A DNA stretch of 64,000 bases from Clostridiales bacterium (lineage in GTDB: Bacteria > Bacillota > Clostridia > Lachnospirales > Lachnospiraceae). This document shows positions 58,378 to 64,000 of the stretch, piece after piece. Position 1 is the first letter of the stretch. Each line of letters starts with the position of its first letter. The stretch is taken from positions 7,910 to 71,909 of the forward strand of contig JAAYPX010000077.1 in the NCBI GenBank assembly GCA_012519565.1, read 5' to 3'. The translations under genes were made by a program, and so were the position numbers. Under the pieces are notes generated by a model. It searched no databases and was not told where the DNA came from. It worked only from the letters and a program-made list of their open reading frames with translations.

Positions 58378-59021
58378 AATTTGAGATGACTCAGTTAATA
58401 GATGATAATAAGATTATATTTTTTAATGAGATTACAGAGCATTTATTAAATGACCCAATACCCTCTGAATATATGAATCAAGTATCTACAGAAGCAAGAT
58501 TTAAGGAATATCCCTTTCAAATGTTATTAAGACTTAAAGAAACAGAGCAATCCAAAAAGCATCATCCTGAAGGAAATGCATGGAATCATACCATGATGGT
58601 AGTGGATGAGGCGGCTAAGGTTAAGGAGCAAAGTAAGAATAAAAAAGCATTTCTCTGGGCGGCTTTACTCCATGATATTGGCAAACCTGATACAACCAAA
58701 GTAAGAAGAGGCAGGATTACATCCTACGACCACGATAAGGTTGGGGAAAAATTATGTAGGAAATTTTTAAAGTCCCTAAGTAATGATGATAAGTTCATAG
58801 ACATGGTATGTGATCTTGTTAGATATCATATGCATATCTTATATATATTAAAAGAATTGCCTTATGCAGATCCTAAGGGGCTTATAAAAAAAGTAGATAT
58901 CCATGAAATTGCTTTATTATGTAGATGTGATAGATTAGGGCGTATTGGTGTTAATCGAGAAGAAGAAGAGGATAATTACAGTAAATTTTTAAAATCACTT
59001 CAAGAATTGAACAAAAAGTAA
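58374..59021 (+). CDS. HD domain phosphohydrolase (CCA-enzyme-HD-like)
   Basis: 215 aa. HHPEGNAWNHTMMVVD and ALLHDIGKP form a metal-binding His..HD..D pattern. Confidence 0.8.
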   Translation: MKFEMTQLIDDNKIIFFNEITEHLLNDPIPSEYMNQVSTEARFKEYPFQMLLRLKETEQSKKHHPEGNAWNHTMMVVDEAAKVKEQSKNKKAFLWAALLHDIGKPDTTKVRRGRITSYDHDKVGEKLCRKFLKSLSNDDKFIDMVCDLVRYHMHILYILKELPYADPKGLIKKVDIHEIALLCRCDRLGRIGVNREEEEDNYSKFLKSLQELNKK

Positions 59022-59027
59022 TATTTG

Positions 59028-59059
59028 GGTTGTTGCAATATATATGCAGCAACCTTTTT
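59028..59059 (+). terminator. rho-independent terminator after the HD gene
   Basis: GGTTGTTGCA-ATATATAT-GCAGCAACC (the last 9 nt of the left arm, GTTGTTGCA, pair with the right arm; one G-U) followed by TTTTT. Confidence 0.8.
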
Positions 59060-59095
59060 ACTTGTATATGAAATCAATGTATTTCATATACAAGT
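59060..59095. other. perfect 15-bp hairpin directly after the terminator
   Basis: ACTTGTATATGAAAT-CAATGT-ATTTCATATACAAGT. Confidence 0.7.
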
Positions 59096-59108
59096 AAAGC
59101 CTTTAGAC

Positions 59109-59127
59109 ATGTGAACTTAGTTCACAT
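59109..59127. promoter_or_regulatory. operator-like palindrome
   Basis: ATGTGAAC-TTA-GTTCACAT has perfect 8-bp arms with TGTGA/TCACA-type half sites. Confidence 0.3.
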
Positions 59128-59461
59128 TGTGGGTTAATCACCCAATTCTATTTTATAGTAAAATAAATGATAATACATCTGTTATTTGGAAAAAAATACA
59201 AAATAAAAGTCTGCAGGTAAAATTAGACTAGATTTTTTGCTATATATATCATATAATAAAAAGTGACAAAAAATCAGTATTGTTAAGTAAAATTGCTAAA
59301 TTTATAGAAATAAGCTTACATAGATGACTAATCAAGACGATTATAATTGAGACTGAAAAATAACTGCCTAGTGGGGGAAGTTGTTTATAACTGATTGGTA
59401 GAAGGATAAATATTACAAAATGATAACGTTTGTAGGTTATGGGGAACGTATTGGAGGAGAC

Positions 59462-61012
59462 ATGGTAAATTATATACTCAACCGAACTATGGTTTTAATA
59501 TTGGTATCTGCCACTGTTGTTATGCTTGTTCTTTTTATTTTTCTTATTGCTATGCTAGTAAAGAGTAAACGGGAACAACAACAATTGAAACGGGAATACC
59601 AAGGTATAAAAGAGTATAGTCAGCAATTAGAGGAGGTCTATGATACAGCACTTTCCTCTATCAAAGAACTAACTCAAAAATATGATGATTTAAATAAAAA
59701 TAAAGAAAATATGAAAAAGCTGGCTTATAACGATTATCTGACTGAGCTTCCTAATCGTATTGCCTTTACTGAAATGCTGGACAATATTATGCTCACTATT
59801 AGAAGTGATGAGATAGTAGCCATTATGGATATTGACATTGATAATTTTAAGAATATTAATGATACCTTAGGCCATGCTTATGGGGACGAGCTACTTATTG
59901 ATGTTACCCACCGGTTAAAACAAGTTTTAGATGAGAATGATTATCTTGCTAGGATCGGTGGAGATGAATTTGCGATTCTTACACAGAACATGGAAGATAC
60001 TTTATCATATGAAGAAAAGATTAAGAAGATAAGAAATGTATTTAGCTATCCCTTTACCTTATCTACTAAAGAGTATTTTGTCACTGTAAGTATAGGTATC
60101 GCATTTGCACCTAAGGATGGTAAGACATCCCAAATGTTAATTAAGAATGTAAATTCTGCTATGTATGTGTCCAAAGAGAGGGGGAAGAATACTTATACTT
60201 ATTTTGACCCATCCTTTAATAAAAAACTAACAGCAAAAATTGAACTACAATCAGAATTAAGAAAAGCTATTGAAAAAAATGAATTTATATTACATTATCA
60301 TCCCTTTATGAACTTAAAGTCTACAAAAGTAGTAGGATTTGAGGCTTTGATACGATGGAATCATCCAACTAAGGGGTTAATCTATCCAGGAGAATTCATT
60401 AGAATTGCTGAAGAAACTGGCTTGATTGTTCCCATAGGTAAATGGGTTCTTTATTCTGCCTGTAGGCAGTTAAAGGTTTTAGAAGATGAAGGGTTTACAG
60501 ATATCCGGATGGCGGTAAATCTATCAGCAAGACAGTTTAAAGATAGGGAAATTGTAAAACTTATTTATGATGTAATCGATGATACTGGCATAAATCCTAA
60601 GAATTTGGATTTGGAAATTACAGAATCAATAGCTTTAGACGATCTGGAATATACCATAGCAACTATAAATGAACTGCAAAATATCGGTGTAAACTTCTCA
60701 TTAGATGATTTTGGTACGGGATATTCTTCTATGAATTACTTAAAAAGGCTGCCAGTGAAGAATTTAAAAATTGATAAAAGTTTCTTGGATATGGTTCTTG
60801 AGAGTGAAAGGGATAAGAAGATTATCCATACTATCATTTCCCTTGCCAGATCCCTAGACCTGAACGTAATAGCAGAAGGTGTCGAAAAAATAGGGCAGGA
60901 GGAATTCTTAAGAGAAAGTGAATGTGACATAGCTCAAGGTTATCTGTATTGTGAACCAGTTCCCCAAGAGAAGACTATTGAGATTATAAAAATGAATAAT
61001 ATGAATAGCTAG
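59462..61012 (+). CDS. membrane-anchored GGDEF-EAL protein (c-di-GMP turnover)
   Basis: An N-terminal TM helix and coiled coil. GGDEF domain with [13 protein letters not shown] domain with [15 protein letters not shown] and EGVE. ATG 59462 follows GGAGGAG. Confidence 0.9.
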   Translation: MVNYILNRTMVLILVSATVVMLVLFIFLIAMLVKSKREQQQLKREYQGIKEYSQQLEEVYDTALSSIKELTQKYDDLNKNKENMKKLAYNDYLTELPNRIAFTEMLDNIMLTIRSDEIVAIMDIDIDNFKNINDTLGHAYGDELLIDVTHRLKQVLDENDYLARIGGDEFAILTQNMEDTLSYEEKIKKIRNVFSYPFTLSTKEYFVTVSIGIAFAPKDGKTSQMLIKNVNSAMYVSKERGKNTYTYFDPSFNKKLTAKIELQSELRKAIEKNEFILHYHPFMNLKSTKVVGFEALIRWNHPTKGLIYPGEFIRIAEETGLIVPIGKWVLYSACRQLKVLEDEGFTDIRMAVNLSARQFKDREIVKLIYDVIDDTGINPKNLDLEITESIALDDLEYTIATINELQNIGVNFSLDDFGTGYSSMNYLKRLPVKNLKIDKSFLDMVLESERDKKIIHTIISLARSLDLNVIAEGVEKIGQEEFLRESECDIAQGYLYCEPVPQEKTIEIIKMNNMNS

Positions 61013-61049
61013 TGACGCTTTAATATCTTGATTGGAAGGGGAGCTTCCA

Positions 61050-61772
61050 GTGTCAACCAAAATATTTATAATAATGCAAAGTATTATTTATCTTAGCTTT
61101 ATGGCTATAGATATAAACGGTGGGAATTATCAGTTGTCAAATTATTTAAAATTTGGCTTTATTGTTATTTGTTTTTTCTATGTCTTAATATGTGCTAAAA
61201 ATAATAATATGAAACAGTTCACCTATCTTAGGCTTGCTTTGGCCTTAACACTGATATCAGATTTATTAATATTGCTCTTAGACCAGTACCTTTTTGGTGT
61301 TATGACTTTTATATTAGTTCAACAACTCTATGGTATCCGTATGGATATCTTACAAAGGGACCTATTTAAGAGCAAAATTATTATAATTAAGCAACTTCAA
61401 AAAAATTTAGTAATCGGTTTTATAACCGCTGTAATATGTGTCTCATTTATTTATTTAAAGATAAAACTAGATTTATTACTGTTACTAACCACATTTTATT
61501 TTATTTGCTTTCTAGTTAATGGGCTTTATGCTTTTAATTTAGCCAAAAAATTTAGACATGATAGAGGGATAGTTTTATTTGCCATAGGAATCTTCCTGTT
61601 TTTACTTTGCGACATTAATGTTGGCATATATAACGCAGCCGAATATATTACCTTGTCTGAAAAATTATATAGTGTATTATACACCTTATCATCTGTATTA
61701 ATGTGGGCTTTTTATGCTCCAGCTCAAGTTTTGATATCTTTAAGTGGTCAATATATTGGTGATAATAGATAA
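61050..61772 (+). CDS. polytopic membrane protein, possibly YhhN / lysoplasmalogenase family
   Basis: About 240 aa with 7-8 TM helices. The family call is from overall pattern only. GTG 61050 lies 6 nt after GGGGAG. Confidence 0.4.
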   Translation: MSTKIFIIMQSIIYLSFMAIDINGGNYQLSNYLKFGFIVICFFYVLICAKNNNMKQFTYLRLALALTLISDLLILLLDQYLFGVMTFILVQQLYGIRMDILQRDLFKSKIIIIKQLQKNLVIGFITAVICVSFIYLKIKLDLLLLLTTFYFICFLVNGLYAFNLAKKFRHDRGIVLFAIGIFLFLLCDINVGIYNAAEYITLSEKLYSVLYTLSSVLMWAFYAPAQVLISLSGQYIGDNR

Positions 61773-61850
61773 ACTATATTTGTTAATTTATCTAAAATAA
61801 CACCTTAAAAGTTCTTGTGTTTTAAATATTTATTTGATATTATTTAATTA

Positions 61851-62050
61851 ATATATCTTTTAAAATTCTTATAACAAGCCAAACCAACTAATCTTATCTT
61901 AATTAATCTATTTGCTCAATTCTAGCTTAAACTCTAAGCAAAATAACTCTAAACAAAATAAATCCAATATCTTCTAATCTCAATCATAATCTGAATTTTA
62001 ATCCTATTCTAAGTCTTATAATTTTACTAAATCTTAAAAATGATATTTTA
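61851..62050 (+). repeat. G-depleted, C/A/T tract containing TAATCT-type degenerate repeats
   Basis: My hand count gives 7 G versus 35 C in these 200 nt. Four 12-nt units lie at 61972-62019 (TTCTAATCTCAA / TCATAATCTGAA / TTTTAATCCTAT / TCTAAGTCTTAT), with further TAATCT copies at 61884 and 61904. Confidence 0.7.
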
Positions 62051-62200
62051 TCTAGGTTACAGTATTTTAAGTTTTACATTTCAATTCTAATATAATCAAC
62101 CTAAATTAACTGTATATGGCGCTTATAGCTAAGGTAACTAAGCTAATATAGCAGATTATACTGCTAAAATAAACACATCAAATTAAAAGGAGAGATGTAC

Positions 62201-63163
62201 ATGGTATATGAGCTAAGGGAAAGGATATTGGATTATAAATCTTTTATATCAATAGTAAAGCAGAGAGTCAAAAGCCGGCTTGGAGATAATTATTCAGTCG
62301 AGATTTATAAGGTCATTAAAAATAATTCACTAGAATTAGACAGTCTTGTGCTTTTGAAAAAAGGAAAGAATTTCACTCCCAGCATCTATCTTCAGCCATA
62401 TTATGAATCTTATCTATGGGGAACGACTATAGAAGATATCGTGGAAAGATTATGTAGCATATATCATCATTGTTCAATTCCTATAGTCAATAAGACGTTT
62501 ACTTATGATTTTGAAGAGATGAAAGCATTTATAATATATCGTCTGGTTAGTTATGAGAAAAATAAAAAACTTCTTGCCACTGTGCCCCATAAAAAATATT
62601 TGGATTTAGCCATAACTTATCATTGCTTGGTACGGGATGATGTAGATGGTATCGGAACAATTCGTATATGTAACAACCATTTAGATAAATGGAAGGTATC
62701 CATACAAGATATAGACATTTTAGCAACCGTTAATACGCCGCAACTTATGCCTGCAACAATTAATACAATTGATGAAGTTATTAGAAAAATCTTATGTAGC
62801 GAGATGGCTGCTGGTAATCTTAATGGTATAAGCTCAGATAATCTGGAAGAGATTTTATCTATCAATGATATGCATAATAATTATAATATGTATATATTGT
62901 CTAACCACAAAGGCATTAATGGTGCCGCTTGTATCTTGTATTCTGATGTCATCCACGATTTTGCCAAGCAAATCAATTCCGATTTGTATATACTTCCCAG
63001 TAGTATTCATGAGGTTATTCTAGTTCCCAAAGGACCAGGGATTGATAAAAGGGTGCTAAGGAAAATGGTGCAGGATGTAAATCGTACCCAGGTTCCACCA
63101 GAAGAGGTATTATCAGACAGGGTGTATTACTATTCTCGGGAGTATAATGGTATTATTTGCTAA
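62201..63163 (+). CDS. DUF5688-like protein
   Basis: About 320 aa. VPHKKYLDLAITYH and YILPSSIHEVILVP resemble the family I recall as DUF5688. GGAGAG RBS. The track ORF opens at ATG 62195. Confidence 0.55.
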   Translation: MVYELRERILDYKSFISIVKQRVKSRLGDNYSVEIYKVIKNNSLELDSLVLLKKGKNFTPSIYLQPYYESYLWGTTIEDIVERLCSIYHHCSIPIVNKTFTYDFEEMKAFIIYRLVSYEKNKKLLATVPHKKYLDLAITYHCLVRDDVDGIGTIRICNNHLDKWKVSIQDIDILATVNTPQLMPATINTIDEVIRKILCSEMAAGNLNGISSDNLEEILSINDMHNNYNMYILSNHKGINGAACILYSDVIHDFAKQINSDLYILPSSIHEVILVPKGPGIDKRVLRKMVQDVNRTQVPPEEVLSDRVYYYSREYNGIIC

Positions 63164-63235
63164 CAGCTATGGTAATTATGTGTAAAAAAGATAGTAATGT
63201 TCGTCATTTTTAATGTTTATATTTTAACGAATATG

Positions 63236-63244
63236 TGTTATAAT
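63236..63244 (+). promoter_or_regulatory. extended -10 promoter element upstream of PFOR
   Basis: TGTTATAAT (TGnTATAAT) lies about 65 nt upstream of the start codon. The -35 region is weak (TTTATA). Confidence 0.4.
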
Positions 63245-63290
63245 TTTGAATCGACGTATAAAAACATAAATTGATTATAACGTATTCTAA

Positions 63291-64000
<710 letters not shown>

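Overview
This is a low-GC, Clostridia-type chromosomal segment packed with housekeeping operons. I see no transposase, integrase, prophage block, CRISPR array or rRNA. Gene order is as follows.

- 5'-truncated GH29 fucosidase, then tRNA-Gly(GCC) followed by an odd tRNA-like element
- nitroreductase
- AraC regulator plus a heterodimeric ABC exporter
- YafK/L,D-transpeptidase-like lipoprotein with Ser in place of the catalytic Cys
- LysR regulator divergent from leuBCD
- sporulation-flavoured genes: LysM repeat protein, DUF1540, ytvI
- PiT and DUF47
- ilvD-ilvB
- serC-serA-DUF1015
- rubrerythrin, a DUF624 protein and type III glutamine synthetase
- a complete streptococcal-type fabT-fabH-acpP-fabK-fabD-fabG-fabF-accB-fabZ-accC-accD-accA cluster, with a FabT-type operator palindrome
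- ABC-F ATPase
- esterase, condensation-like acyltransferase, zinc-ribbon membrane protein and TraX
- htpG
- three DegV paralogues surrounding a lone holin-like gene and an ABC importer without a binding protein
- isochorismatase
- a radical SAM + DUF4130 pair whose promoter is flanked by LexA boxes
- Asn/Gly/Thr repeat lipoprotein
- CYTH protein
- two small basic ORFs below the track cutoff, coupled to an HD gene
- GGDEF-EAL protein and a YhhN-like protein
- a G-depleted repeat tract, then a DUF5688-like gene
- the start of PFOR

I do not see a clear-cut new multi-gene system. The best leads are:

- the in-frame TAG in fabG
- the tRNA-like element
- the SOS-boxed radical SAM pair
- the acyltransferase/zinc-ribbon/TraX cluster
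- the small basic ORFs with the HD gene
- the G-depleted repeat tract

All family names come from motif recognition by eye and memory. No database was searched.
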